From a virus: DNA of 64,000 nt. The stretch lies in IMG/VR virus record IMGVR_UViG_3300024978_000002. One strand, 5' to 3'. Shown here piece by piece: positions 46,834 through 56,182 of the stretch. The position numbers were made by a program, and so were the translations under genes. A model generated the notes under the pieces. The model was not told where the DNA came from and ran no database searches. It was given only the letters and a program-made list of their open reading frames with translations. The number at the start of each line of letters is the position of its first letter. Within the stretch, counting starts at the first letter, position 1.

Positions 46834-48546
46834 TTAAGCTTTTATAGGATGTTTCGCATCGTAGAAACCCACGATGTCTTCGAACGAAGGCGCTTGATAG
46901 ACTTGCTGACAAATCTCTGCGGCATTCACGAAACCTCCCGAAAGATTCACACCAATGGCGCGGCGATAGATTTCAGGGACGCCTCGGATAATGCAGAGTT
47001 CTTGTGCGGTTGTCTCTTTGCTGATGTTAAAGAGTACCTCCTCGTTCGGGTACGTTCCTTCAACGTCCAAGTCCCCAACATGACCTCGAATCAACGAAGG
47101 TGTTTCCGGCATGTCTTCTAAAACACAAATACCATTATCCTCAACGAGATGACTGGGTAGGGTCACAATCCAGTCTTGCAAGCCAACCACGAATCCATCG
47201 TTCTCGTCCTCCATCTTGTTCGACGTAGCGGCACAAACCATCCCGTGTTCCAAGGCCATGAAGTGCAGGTCGTCGCATGTACGTCGCGGTTGTGACGGGA
47301 ACCGGCGATATTCAGAGTGACCGCACATCAAAGAGATCATCGACTGGAGATCCGTCGTGGTCTCATCCAACATTTCAACCGACACGCAGTCGAACACGTT
47401 GTAAATGCAATACTCGAGGGGATAGTTCTCCTGCATAAACCGATGCCAACCTGGTCCAGAGAGATGGTCGGCTTCTTTGAACTTAAGCTTGCGAATACCT
47501 AAGACCTTGTCTAAGATATAATCCAGTCGGTAGGACGGTTCCTTACCGGCTGCGATACGTAGCTTCAGGTACACACACATGGCATCCAAGGCGTACCAAC
47601 TTGCCGGGCAGATGACCTCATGCCATCGTTCAGCAGGAGCGAGCGCCATGGTTTTACCTGATGCCGTGACCTTTTGAGACGGTCCGCGTTTGTATTCGAA
47701 TTGCTTGAACTGCTTCGGAATCGTAGGATCAGAGAATATCTTAGCAAGATCGTAACCTTTCTTCGTCAACGCTTCGATCATTTTGGTGATGTCGAAGTCA
47801 ATGTTCCAAAACGCTAGGATATCTGGTGACCACTCGTGGGCGGTTTCGATGACACGTTTGGCGACCTCACCCGCGTCTGGAACAAGTTCGATTTCGAGTT
47901 GGAGGCCACGCTGAGTGATGATGTCGCCGATCTTTGACTTAGGATCGCCAAGGTAGTGGATGAATTTCTCTTGGAGTTTCTCCGTGGGGTCAGGAATACC
48001 TTTCAGAAACTCTTGCGTGATAAAAAGTTTAGCATGGGATTTCATGGTGATCGAAGCCATGATAATTTCTTCATGGCCATGAACCATATCGGTCTCGGTA
48101 TCAACCACAGCCACCAAATTGTTCGTAATTCGATCAGGCCACTTGGTAAGATAGTGGTGCTTCGTGAGTACACACGAGTTGACGTCAGTACCGTAGACAT
48201 AGGGAGACTGCGCAATTTGCCGCATATCCATACGTCCAGCCGGTACACGGCCCAGCTTCCGTAAGACATCAGCAGGGAGGCCTATCTCGGTGCACCGGAA
48301 TTCTTGAAGATTCTCTAGCCGTTCCCACTCTTTCTTGTCTTTGTGGTTACGGTAAGGTTCTTTGGTGATCCAGTACGGGCGCTTGTAGTTAAAGAGCTGT
48401 CGTAGGCGCGCTTTGCGCGGACTGTTATCGGCAGGGTATTCGTACTCCTTGATCAGGAGCATGTCGTTTGGCGAGCCGTCGTTGGCGGTGAAATACAGCG
48501 CGTGTTTACACTCGTATTCGCTCTTCGCAGGGGTCGTTGTAGTCAT
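46834..48546 (-). CDS. Family-B DNA polymerase, 3'-5' exonuclease/N-terminal subunit (phiKZ gp82-like)
   Basis: ExoI VVDTETD, ExoII AFWNIDFDI, ExoIII YNVFD, and polymerase motif A remnant DLDVEGTYP. Confidence 0.85.
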   Translation of the reverse strand: MTTTTPAKSEYECKHALYFTANDGSPNDMLLIKEYEYPADNSPRKARLRQLFNYKRPYWITKEPYRNHKDKKEWERLENLQEFRCTEIGLPADVLRKLGRVPAGRMDMRQIAQSPYVYGTDVNSCVLTKHHYLTKWPDRITNNLVAVVDTETDMVHGHEEIIMASITMKSHAKLFITQEFLKGIPDPTEKLQEKFIHYLGDPKSKIGDIITQRGLQLEIELVPDAGEVAKRVIETAHEWSPDILAFWNIDFDITKMIEALTKKGYDLAKIFSDPTIPKQFKQFEYKRGPSQKVTASGKTMALAPAERWHEVICPASWYALDAMCVYLKLRIAAGKEPSYRLDYILDKVLGIRKLKFKEADHLSGPGWHRFMQENYPLEYCIYNVFDCVSVEMLDETTTDLQSMISLMCGHSEYRRFPSQPRRTCDDLHFMALEHGMVCAATSNKMEDENDGFVVGLQDWIVTLPSHLVEDNGICVLEDMPETPSLIRGHVGDLDVEGTYPNEEVLFNISKETTAQELCIIRGVPEIYRRAIGVNLSGGFVNAAEICQQVYQAPSFEDIVGFYDAKHPIKA

Positions 48547-48635
48547 GATTTACCTTAGTGGACGGTCCAGGCACAGGATACTTATGACGCGGGCTTTTTT
48601 ACTCACCCCTCCACTTTTCTAGAGAGGTTCTCACC

Positions 48636-49949
48636 ATGACAGGCCCTATGACGCCCCAGCCTTCGTTAGAGGCCGTGGCTTACCAAGGACGCTCCTTACT
48701 CTTTTTCGATGTGGCTGCGGAGTTCGAACGACTTCGTGCATTACCGGAGATTCGGTGGGATGACGTTAACGACGGTCACCTTGCTGATATAGTTGTCAAA
48801 CGCACCGGTATGCGCGTTGACAACCACGTCGACGATTACGCCGATGGGTTCTTCGCCGAACCCCCACTGCTGGATGCTAAAAATCCCTACTACAAGCTGG
48901 TGGCTGATATAGCTTTACAGGATGGACGTAAAGATACGCTCGAACGTTTCCAACGGTGCGTACGGTTAGCAAAAGATTCCCTGGCATGGGTGGACCTCCC
49001 CAAGGCCCAAGTGCGCGGTGTGTTCTCCACGATGCCTTGCCGGATCTTCTTGAGTACGGATGTGATCGCTGATCGGGACTTTTCTTCAGAAGAACTGGCG
49101 GCGATGTATATCCATGAACTCGGTCACCTGTTCTCGTTCTTTGAGACGCTAGCGTACTCCACGGTTAGTAACGTCGTTATCACTGGCGCGGTAGACGCCC
49201 TGCGTGGGGTAGAGGATAAGTCGGCTCGCTACAAGCTGGTTTCTCAGGCTCTAACGGTCTTTGCGACTCCGGAGAAAGACACAGTCAATGCGATTGCTGA
49301 GTCCGATAACAACGACATCATCCAGGCGCTAATTTTGCGTACCTTTGAAGAAGGTGAGCAGGAACGCACCCGCGGGTTGTCGGTAGATCGGGAACGTCCG
49401 ACCAATACCCGATCGTTGGAGTATCTAGCCGATCAGTTCGCCATACGCAACGGTGCAGCGCTTCCGTTGGCGACCGCACAACACAAAATGGCCAAACAAA
49501 ACCGTATGGACTACGGACGTGGGAACACCTCGTTCTTTGCCATACAAGCGGTTCGTTTAGGTTTGTTGACTGTGACGTTCGCCGCCAGTTCTTCGGTGGG
49601 TTTGATCGCATTGACCATTGTCTCATTGCTTCAGACCGTAAGTGCGGCGAATAGCGACAGTACGGCTGATCCCAGTGAACGCATCGGGTTTGTTAAAGCC
49701 GACCTTGTCCAGATCCTCAAGAACCCCAAACTTGATCCTTTGATGCGTAAGCAGGTGTTGAGCGACGTCGAAGCGATCGACGCCCTACGCGAGACGATCA
49801 AGGAGCATCAAGGGATTTTCCGTTACTTGTGGCGCACCCTTTCCCCGCGCGGTCGTTCTCAGTCTAAACTCCGAGAATTCCAGAAAGGTTTGGAAGACCT
49901 CGTAAACAACGATCTTTTCGTGCAGGCTTCCCGTCTGCGCTCCCACTAA
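48636..49949 (+). CDS. Virion (head) protein with zincin HEXXH motif
   Basis: N-terminal SLEA (S-x-E processing-like), IHELGH, EYLADQFA, a hydrophobic segment, and PSERI; TATG at 48583 upstream. Confidence 0.7.
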   Translation: MTGPMTPQPSLEAVAYQGRSLLFFDVAAEFERLRALPEIRWDDVNDGHLADIVVKRTGMRVDNHVDDYADGFFAEPPLLDAKNPYYKLVADIALQDGRKDTLERFQRCVRLAKDSLAWVDLPKAQVRGVFSTMPCRIFLSTDVIADRDFSSEELAAMYIHELGHLFSFFETLAYSTVSNVVITGAVDALRGVEDKSARYKLVSQALTVFATPEKDTVNAIAESDNNDIIQALILRTFEEGEQERTRGLSVDRERPTNTRSLEYLADQFAIRNGAALPLATAQHKMAKQNRMDYGRGNTSFFAIQAVRLGLLTVTFAASSSVGLIALTIVSLLQTVSAANSDSTADPSERIGFVKADLVQILKNPKLDPLMRKQVLSDVEAIDALRETIKEHQGIFRYLWRTLSPRGRSQSKLREFQKGLEDLVNNDLFVQASRLRSH

Positions 49950-49974
49950 ACTCCTTACGACGGATTTGAAAGCA

Positions 49975-50388
49975 ATGAACATCAACGTTCCTGATATCGC
50001 TTTGACCCTTCAGGACCTGGGTATCCCGGCCGAACGTCAGGGCGATTACCTGAAAGCCGCGATCGCTCGGGTTGTGGCGTTTCGCCTACCTTTACCGGCT
50101 GAACCTGTCGCTAACGCGGTCGATCACTACAAGGGTACTCTCGAAGGTCGTGTTGTCCAGGCTATTGACGTGATCAACGAACGACTACCGTTGGATTACG
50201 ACGGTGTGTTAGCACTGACTCAGCAGCTCTGGACGGTTCGCTACGGCCTGGTCCATCCCTCGGCGATTTCTCAGGGTTGGGATTTGTTTGACAAGGCGGC
50301 AACCGATACGCTGAAGTGTGATATCGACCTGGCCGACCCGGCGCTACAGCGTCTGGGTCAGGTACTGACCGATGGCGTCGACGAGTAA
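49975..50388 (+). CDS. Putative virion protein
   Basis: Short ORF coupled to its neighbours in a late-type operon. Confidence 0.6.
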   Translation: MNINVPDIALTLQDLGIPAERQGDYLKAAIARVVAFRLPLPAEPVANAVDHYKGTLEGRVVQAIDVINERLPLDYDGVLALTQQLWTVRYGLVHPSAISQGWDLFDKAATDTLKCDIDLADPALQRLGQVLTDGVDE

Positions 50389-51349
50389 GGACTCCCGCGT
50401 GCTCGCAGAGCGTCTAGACGCTCTGCGAGCACTACGTACGTCGTGGGAAACCCAAGGGACGATCTGCCAGTCAGAGATTCGATCATCACTGGAATCTTTA
50501 GACCTTAAGCTTCCTGACAACCTCGCTATCGCATCCTACACTCAAGCGCCATCGTCGACGAATTACCTTGAGACGTTGGAATGGGTGCGTCTAGAGGCTC
50601 TGCGACAACAATCGGAATGTGAATCCATCACAAAGTCTGAATTGAAAGCCGAACTGGACAAATTCTTGTGTTTGTTCCGACGTAATTCAAACCATCTTCG
50701 GATGGTCGATCACGACTTACCGCGATTACGTTTCGCTGAAGTTCATGTTCACGGTGTTTCTACGATCGCTGAAATTGTTCGACTGGTGCGGGGAGAACTG
50801 GCCTTAAAGGAACTGAAAGCACTCGAACTTACCTTGGAGCAATGGCGTAGTTCTGAGACTACCTACCAGGCCGTTTTGCGTAACCCTGCCGAGCGTGGCT
50901 TACACCCTCTCAACGACCTACCTGGGTTCCTGCCAATTTTTCAAGATTGGTTAGAGGTTAAGTTCAAAGTAACCCCGAAAGAAGTAGAGGACGTCGCCAA
51001 ACGACTTACCGCTTGGAAGCAAGCGCTTCTGGTGGCGCAGGATGACCACTGCGAACCTTGGAGTCCGGATGTCCTAGTCAACAAAGTGGCTCTTTGCACA
51101 GAGTGGCCGGAACTCGACACCGCTTTGAAACTATCGACTTCAGCGTACGAAAGTAAAGTCCAGAACTTGCGAGATGACCTCGAACAACTCGACTCGTTAG
51201 AAGACGCCCGCACACGCCTGTTGGCAGTGCGTTTAGTTAGCGACTTCCTGCAACTGTGTTGGCAACTCGTGGTGGTTCACGAAGATGCTGTGGTGCAAGC
51301 ACGCAGCATAGCGACTTCGATACAACACATTCGTAGTCTGGCAGCATAA
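50372..51349 (+). CDS. Putative virion/head protein
   Basis: 325-aa helical ORF with SLES/RLEA motifs. Confidence 0.6.
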   Translation: MASTSKDSRVLAERLDALRALRTSWETQGTICQSEIRSSLESLDLKLPDNLAIASYTQAPSSTNYLETLEWVRLEALRQQSECESITKSELKAELDKFLCLFRRNSNHLRMVDHDLPRLRFAEVHVHGVSTIAEIVRLVRGELALKELKALELTLEQWRSSETTYQAVLRNPAERGLHPLNDLPGFLPIFQDWLEVKFKVTPKEVEDVAKRLTAWKQALLVAQDDHCEPWSPDVLVNKVALCTEWPELDTALKLSTSAYESKVQNLRDDLEQLDSLEDARTRLLAVRLVSDFLQLCWQLVVVHEDAVVQARSIATSIQHIRSLAA

Positions 51350-51390
51350 AGCCTCCAGGAGCGCTCTTGAGCGCTCCTGGAGTTATGCCG
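51342..51390. terminator. Bidirectional hairpin flanked by CAGCATA and TATGCCG
   Basis: 13-bp stem CTCCAGGAGCGCT / AGCGCTCCTGGAG between convergent genes. Confidence 0.8.
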
Positions 51391-51396
51391 ACACGA

Positions 51397-51741
51397 TTAC
51401 GCCTTGACCTTACGGACACGCTTCACGGCCTTCGCAGGGACCTTGACGGCTGCCTCTGCACGCTTAGCGGCAGCCTTGGCACGACGGTATGCCAGCTTCG
51501 CCTGGTGGGTTTCAGCAGCCAGCTGCTGCTGACGCTCGAATGCCTCGGCGACTGACAGCGTCAGTGGGATACCCGCTTCGTCCTTCTGGCCATTCAATGA
51601 ATTCTTGAGGTCAGCCTTGACAAAACGGGCGGAGAACTGGAACATTCGAGCGGAAGCCGGGTTACGTTTGGCGTAACCATCGGAAACGCGTTTGCCGGTC
51701 TTCAGGCTATAGTAGACGGTCAGAATAGTGTCTTTACTCAT
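51397..51741 (-). CDS. Small basic protein with Ala/Lys-rich histone-like tail
   Basis: C-terminus RRAKAAAKRAEAAVKVPAKAVKRVRKVKA; host-like codon usage. Confidence 0.7.
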   Translation of the reverse strand: MSKDTILTVYYSLKTGKRVSDGYAKRNPASARMFQFSARFVKADLKNSLNGQKDEAGIPLTLSVAEAFERQQQLAAETHQAKLAYRRAKAAAKRAEAAVKVPAKAVKRVRKVKA

Positions 51742-51863
51742 GGGATTCCCCTTGGGGTTAATTTAGGCAGTGGTCATTGGACCAGATGATCTACCGTATG
51801 CTGTAAAGAAAAACCCTTTTTCCGCTACGATGTGTACATAACCTCCAACCAGGACTCGATACC

Positions 51864-52328
51864 ATGAGCAACACGTATGACACCAGCTTGCTACCGCCCG
51901 CAGCTCAGACACACTTAAAGGCGGTAGAAGACCGTCTGGCGGAATACGTTCTGAAGATGGCACCGGGACGACCGATTACTGAGAAAGACGGTGCGTTTCA
52001 GCAACGCCAACTTTGGCACGGGGTGATTAGTTTCCTACTGAAACAAGAAACCCCTGTGTTCTTGGCGGGATGGTCGATCTTTTTGAACGTGGTTGCTGAG
52101 CACCGCAAGGACTGTTTCAGTCCAGCATATATCCATCGTTTCCGTGAATCCACTCAACTGACTCTGGAAGAACGTCGGAACTTCGAACGGTTAATTCATC
52201 TCGCAGTAATGACTGCGGACCCGAAAGCTCGATCGCTGGCGCTTAAGCAAATCGACATGCATCAGATCCTGGCACGATTGTCTTCGGAAGACTTGCGCCA
52301 GAAGATCATTGCGTTCTACCAGCTGTAA
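51864..52328 (+). CDS. Conserved phiKZ-like helical protein
   Basis: 154 aa, AGGA RBS, TATGCTG at 51797 upstream. Confidence 0.7.
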   Translation: MSNTYDTSLLPPAAQTHLKAVEDRLAEYVLKMAPGRPITEKDGAFQQRQLWHGVISFLLKQETPVFLAGWSIFLNVVAEHRKDCFSPAYIHRFRESTQLTLEERRNFERLIHLAVMTADPKARSLALKQIDMHQILARLSSEDLRQKIIAFYQL

Positions 52329-52334
52329 CGACAT

Positions 52335-52378
52335 ATACACCCCTACGGAAGCTTCAGCTTCCGTAGGGGTGTATGCTG
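52335..52378. terminator. Bidirectional terminator-like hairpin
   Basis: 19-bp stem ATACACCCCTACGGAAGCT / AGCTTCCGTAGGGGTGTAT followed by GCTG. Confidence 0.8.
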
Positions 52379-52379
52379 A

Positions 52380-52895
52380 CTACTTCAAGGTCTCTTTCAA
52401 GAACCAGATTCGCTTCGAGGTTTGGTCCAACCACGAATCCACTAAGGCGCTAGTCGCGGTATCGCCATTACTTTCGGCGTACGTACGAAGATCAGTCAGT
52501 TCAGGTATTAGTGCCTGGTTGTCGATCAGAAGAGATTCAATCATCCCCTTAGCCACCAAGTCGTCTTCGGATTCCGGAAGGCTTTTGATTTGATCTATCT
52601 GTCGAAGGGACTTCAGGGTATTGGAACCCAACATCCTGGCACGTTCTGCCAACACGTCTGTAACCGCGATGAGCTCTTGAGCATCTTTGTCAAAGAGTTC
52701 GTGATACGACGTGAACTGTGGGCCAGAAACGTGCCAATGGAAGTTCTTGGTTTTGATATACAACGTGAAGACATTGGCGAGGAGGTGGTTGAGTTTATCA
52801 GCCACCAATCCCGCGACTTGGGGATCTAGAACTGTCGTTTTGGTTTCTTCCGTCAACGTCTCTTGCGAGAGGAAATGTTTCTGGAGAGAAGACAT
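52380..52895 (-). CDS. dps: Dps family ferritin-like DNA-protection protein
   Basis: LYIKTKNFHWHVSGPQF..YHELFD, DVLAERARMLG, GDTATSAL, W-F C-terminal motif; ferroxidase His/His/Asp/Glu residues retained. Alternative GTG start at 52904. Confidence 0.92.
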   Translation of the reverse strand: MSSLQKHFLSQETLTEETKTTVLDPQVAGLVADKLNHLLANVFTLYIKTKNFHWHVSGPQFTSYHELFDKDAQELIAVTDVLAERARMLGSNTLKSLRQIDQIKSLPESEDDLVAKGMIESLLIDNQALIPELTDLRTYAESNGDTATSALVDSWLDQTSKRIWFLKETLK

Positions 52896-52906
52896 GGTTT
52901 TCACCG

Positions 52907-53920
52907 TTATGCCGCCGCGGCCCTACGTGCCAACCGCAGCAAACTATCCAAGGTTCGTAAGCGCCAAGACAATCCCTCCGTCACTGCATTGAGTTTATAG
53001 TTCAATGCCTTGAGTTTTAATTTGTAATCTACGGCGTTACTCTCGAAGACCGGCTGAAGACTTTCAATGAACCTTCGATCGTGTTCAATACTCCTTACAC
53101 TGAGATCGGCAGAGTAGGTCAAGTTTTCTTCCGTCTTACTCATGTCTTTAAGAGTTCTTTCGAAAGTCTTTTTGTAGAAATTAATTTCGGACGGTCCGCG
53201 ATATTTAGAGGCCAGATAAGCTTCCGAATCCAACATCACCATACGAGGCGATTTAAGTTCGGTATTGAGGAAATCTATCCCCTCTTGGGCGGTAGTGATT
53301 GGAGGAATATCGTTTCGTTTGAAAGGAGAAATATTTCGATCAATCACCAACCATCCTTCAGCTACTTCGAAAAGCTCAGCGATGGTGTCTTTAGGATTAA
53401 GGATCGTCGTTTTGGAGAAAGTAGGGACCTTGACGTTTAAATAAAAAGACATTGAAGAGAACACAGTCGCTAAGAACTTGTCGCGTTCGGTAAGAGGTTC
53501 GTGCAACTTTACTGTGTAATTAGACGACAGACTGTTGCGAACTGCATCTTGCAAAGATGTCAAACCTCGTCCCATTTGCTGGAACTTCCGTCGAATCCAG
53601 GCAAAGAAATTCATGAAGATTTCTTTGATCTTCCGCAGGAGGATCGGAATGTATTTCTTTAGCCAGTCAATCACCGCTTGGACTTGGCCGCTGTTAACGT
53701 GCACCACAACCGCTTCCTGGGAAATCTGAGCGTTGTCGCGAATGGATTCCCAGTGTTCTTCAGGAATCTCCGCTGCAACAGCAGCGTCGCCGGCTTCTGC
53801 ACGTTCCAACCATTCATTGGCTTGGTCAAACGCTTCACACGACACGCGCAGGTCGTGAAGGTAGGTGTTTGGATCGTCGATTTGTTGGGACAGAGCGTTG
53901 AAAGCAATTTGATGTCGCAT
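52907..53920 (-). CDS. Putative internal head protein (processed-type N-terminus)
   Basis: VSCEA and ISQEA S-x-E motifs in an acidic propeptide; AT-rich C-terminal coding half. Confidence 0.65.
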   Translation of the reverse strand: MRHQIAFNALSQQIDDPNTYLHDLRVSCEAFDQANEWLERAEAGDAAVAAEIPEEHWESIRDNAQISQEAVVVHVNSGQVQAVIDWLKKYIPILLRKIKEIFMNFFAWIRRKFQQMGRGLTSLQDAVRNSLSSNYTVKLHEPLTERDKFLATVFSSMSFYLNVKVPTFSKTTILNPKDTIAELFEVAEGWLVIDRNISPFKRNDIPPITTAQEGIDFLNTELKSPRMVMLDSEAYLASKYRGPSEINFYKKTFERTLKDMSKTEENLTYSADLSVRSIEHDRRFIESLQPVFESNAVDYKLKLKALNYKLNAVTEGLSWRLRTLDSLLRLARRAAAA

Positions 53921-53935
53921 GGTGGAGTACTCGCT

Positions 53936-55231
53936 TTAGGAAAAGGCGGAAGGGAGATCCAGCGGGACGGTTTTGAGACTGGCCCCGTGCATCTTCTTGA
54001 GGAAGTTCGAAAGGAAAATGCTACCTATGTTCGAACTATAGGTGCTGAGTGCTTGAGGAGTACGGGAGATCTTATCGCCCATACACCGAGCGCAGAAGTT
54101 AGCTCCAGTCGTCCTGCAGTAGATCGGAGATCGTACGCGGATCGTCTTACCTACCAAACCAATCAACGTTTCTTCAGTCAGAACCACAGAGTGGTCACCG
54201 ACCACTTGGTAGTTACCTACAAAATGAGGGACCTTATCTTTGGTCATGTGGATCTCAAGACCGCGGTGTGACCCACAATCGGCTTCTGCGACGACACTGT
54301 TCTGGAAGATGCGGTTGTTGTACTTAGTCTCTACACCACCCAGAGCTGTCTGAGCGCCGCGGGAGAACGAACCGTCACGTAGTTGGTTCACCATCGCCGG
54401 GAGCTTGGTGATGTCCCAAGCTTCATCCAAGGATGTAGGGATAAAGTCACCCTGCACTCCAAATCCTGAACTGATACCCTGCATAATGAAGACTTTGAGT
54501 CGAACGACGTCGTAGGCTTTGTCTTTGATATAGAAACGTTCGCCCGGATCCCCTTTCATCCAAGCGCGATCCATTTTCGTCAGCTCGTCAATGATACGAG
54601 CAATGACCACCGGATCATTGAGTTCATTCTTGTGTTCCTTCAAGAGCTCGTCGCGACGTTTGATCATTGCTGGATCAGCAGTCATCGTACGCACGGTAGC
54701 GGAAGGTACACAGAGTTGTGACAGTCCAGGGAGCTGCCCCATTGCAGCACCAAAGACGCGATACTCAGCCGTACGGATAGGACGTTTATCGGGATCACCG
54801 GACGGATCGTCTTTGGCGTGGTCGTCCCAACGATGAACAATCAACGACTCCACCGCTTTGGTTTTGATGGGTCCGGCGATATAACCAATCTTGTTACCAA
54901 AGGGATGCACTAGCACGATCTGATTAACTAACGCATTCCCGTAACAGGTTTCCACCGGTTTACGAACGTTGGCTAAGTCACCCGGGTTCAGGTACACTTT
55001 CTCCAGAGGACGGAACAACGGTTCTCCCGGCATCGCGTCGTCGATTACCGTCAGGCCTTCCGGTACCTTGGGGTCTCCGAAAGCATATCGACCATCGGGT
55101 AGGGTTTCCAACCCGTAGGGGTAATCGTGCGGTCCACTATTGCGGGTGATCGAAAACGCCTCAAGCGCCCAGCGCTTGTACTTAAACAACCCTTCCCGCA
55201 TCGCCAGAAGGAAATAGTCACGCTTGAACAT
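53936..55231 (-). CDS. Virion RNAP beta'-like subunit (phiKZ gp80-like)
   Basis: GSFSRGAQTALGG, DCGS, RSPIYC..FCARCMG, KKMHG motifs. Confidence 0.85.
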   Translation of the reverse strand: MFKRDYFLLAMREGLFKYKRWALEAFSITRNSGPHDYPYGLETLPDGRYAFGDPKVPEGLTVIDDAMPGEPLFRPLEKVYLNPGDLANVRKPVETCYGNALVNQIVLVHPFGNKIGYIAGPIKTKAVESLIVHRWDDHAKDDPSGDPDKRPIRTAEYRVFGAAMGQLPGLSQLCVPSATVRTMTADPAMIKRRDELLKEHKNELNDPVVIARIIDELTKMDRAWMKGDPGERFYIKDKAYDVVRLKVFIMQGISSGFGVQGDFIPTSLDEAWDITKLPAMVNQLRDGSFSRGAQTALGGVETKYNNRIFQNSVVAEADCGSHRGLEIHMTKDKVPHFVGNYQVVGDHSVVLTEETLIGLVGKTIRVRSPIYCRTTGANFCARCMGDKISRTPQALSTYSSNIGSIFLSNFLKKMHGASLKTVPLDLPSAFS

Positions 55232-56078
55232 CGGAGACCTCCTTCAGTGGTATGACGGGTAGGTGTTGGAGTAGTGTTCGAATACGAGCATCTACTGCCA
55301 TCAGATCTGTGACGGAGAGTGAGAGTTCGGTTTTGATCTTTGCGAGCAATACAGGAATCTCGGGAGTGGGTGTATCTGAAGCCAAAGCGAAGGCTACGAG
55401 TTCTGGTCCGAGAGATTCCGGTAAAACGTCGTAGAGTGCATCTTTGTAAGGACCTACCAGGAGGTCGTAAGGAAGTCCCAAGCGCAATCCTTGGTTGAGG
55501 GAGCGCATGAAGACACCTTCTACCGGAAACGCTTGCCGATTGTGTAGAACTTTGAGTCGTTCACGAGCCTGTACCACCGCCGCTTGCTCAGGCTGTGCGT
55601 CGGGAACGTCTTTGTCAGTGAGTTCTTTGATACGGGACAGTAAGTCGGGCGAGACTTTCCGTATGGCCGGTAAATAGTCGGCGGAATATAACGTACCCAC
55701 TGCCGAGAGAATGTCCGCTAACACTACCTCTTCGCTTTCCGAAGAATCTGCTAACGCATTGAGCGTCACGGGATCGTCCCAGTTGTCAATACTCTGGAGT
55801 CCAGAAAGGATCTGCGTCAGCACTGGCAGTTCTGCGTCAGGATCAACCTCCACACCGAACTCTTTCAATGCCGCAGTATAGATCGGTTTCAACGTCGACA
55901 GGATGGATTCGTACACCGCATCGAAGTCACGGTTTTCCGCAATGTCGATAGCGTTGCGTAAAGTAAACTCCTGATCGTCGATACCAGCTTCCAATAAAGT
56001 CCGACAAGCGGTCAGGATCATGTTTCGAATTTCGGGCGTGGTGGCGTCGACGAGGTAATCGTCCAGCTCCTCGAGCAT
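55218..56078 (-). CDS. Conserved phiKZ-like protein (gp79-like by synteny)
   Basis: 286 aa, acidic and helical; AGGAG RBS; coupled to the vRNAP gene. Confidence 0.65.
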   Translation of the reverse strand: MLEELDDYLVDATTPEIRNMILTACRTLLEAGIDDQEFTLRNAIDIAENRDFDAVYESILSTLKPIYTAALKEFGVEVDPDAELPVLTQILSGLQSIDNWDDPVTLNALADSSESEEVVLADILSAVGTLYSADYLPAIRKVSPDLLSRIKELTDKDVPDAQPEQAAVVQARERLKVLHNRQAFPVEGVFMRSLNQGLRLGLPYDLLVGPYKDALYDVLPESLGPELVAFALASDTPTPEIPVLLAKIKTELSLSVTDLMAVDARIRTLLQHLPVIPLKEVSDVQA

Positions 56079-56126
56079 AGCGCACTCCTAGAGATAAGGT
56101 ATAAAAAAGCACAGAGTAACTGCTCT

Positions 56127-56132
56127 CATATG
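56127..56132. promoter_or_regulatory. CATATG: possible bidirectional late (TATG) promoter
   Basis: Palindrome in the middle of a ~100-nt gap between divergent late-type operons. Confidence 0.35.
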
Positions 56133-56182
56133 GAGACGTCATGTCGACTCACCATTTCCTACTGACTTAAGAGAAGCTCGCC

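Noticed and set aside
47547-47556. 10-nt match (CGGCTGCGAT) to the IscB guide inside the exonuclease gene
   Set aside because: Too short, does not include the guide 3' end (CAA), and is compatible with chance.
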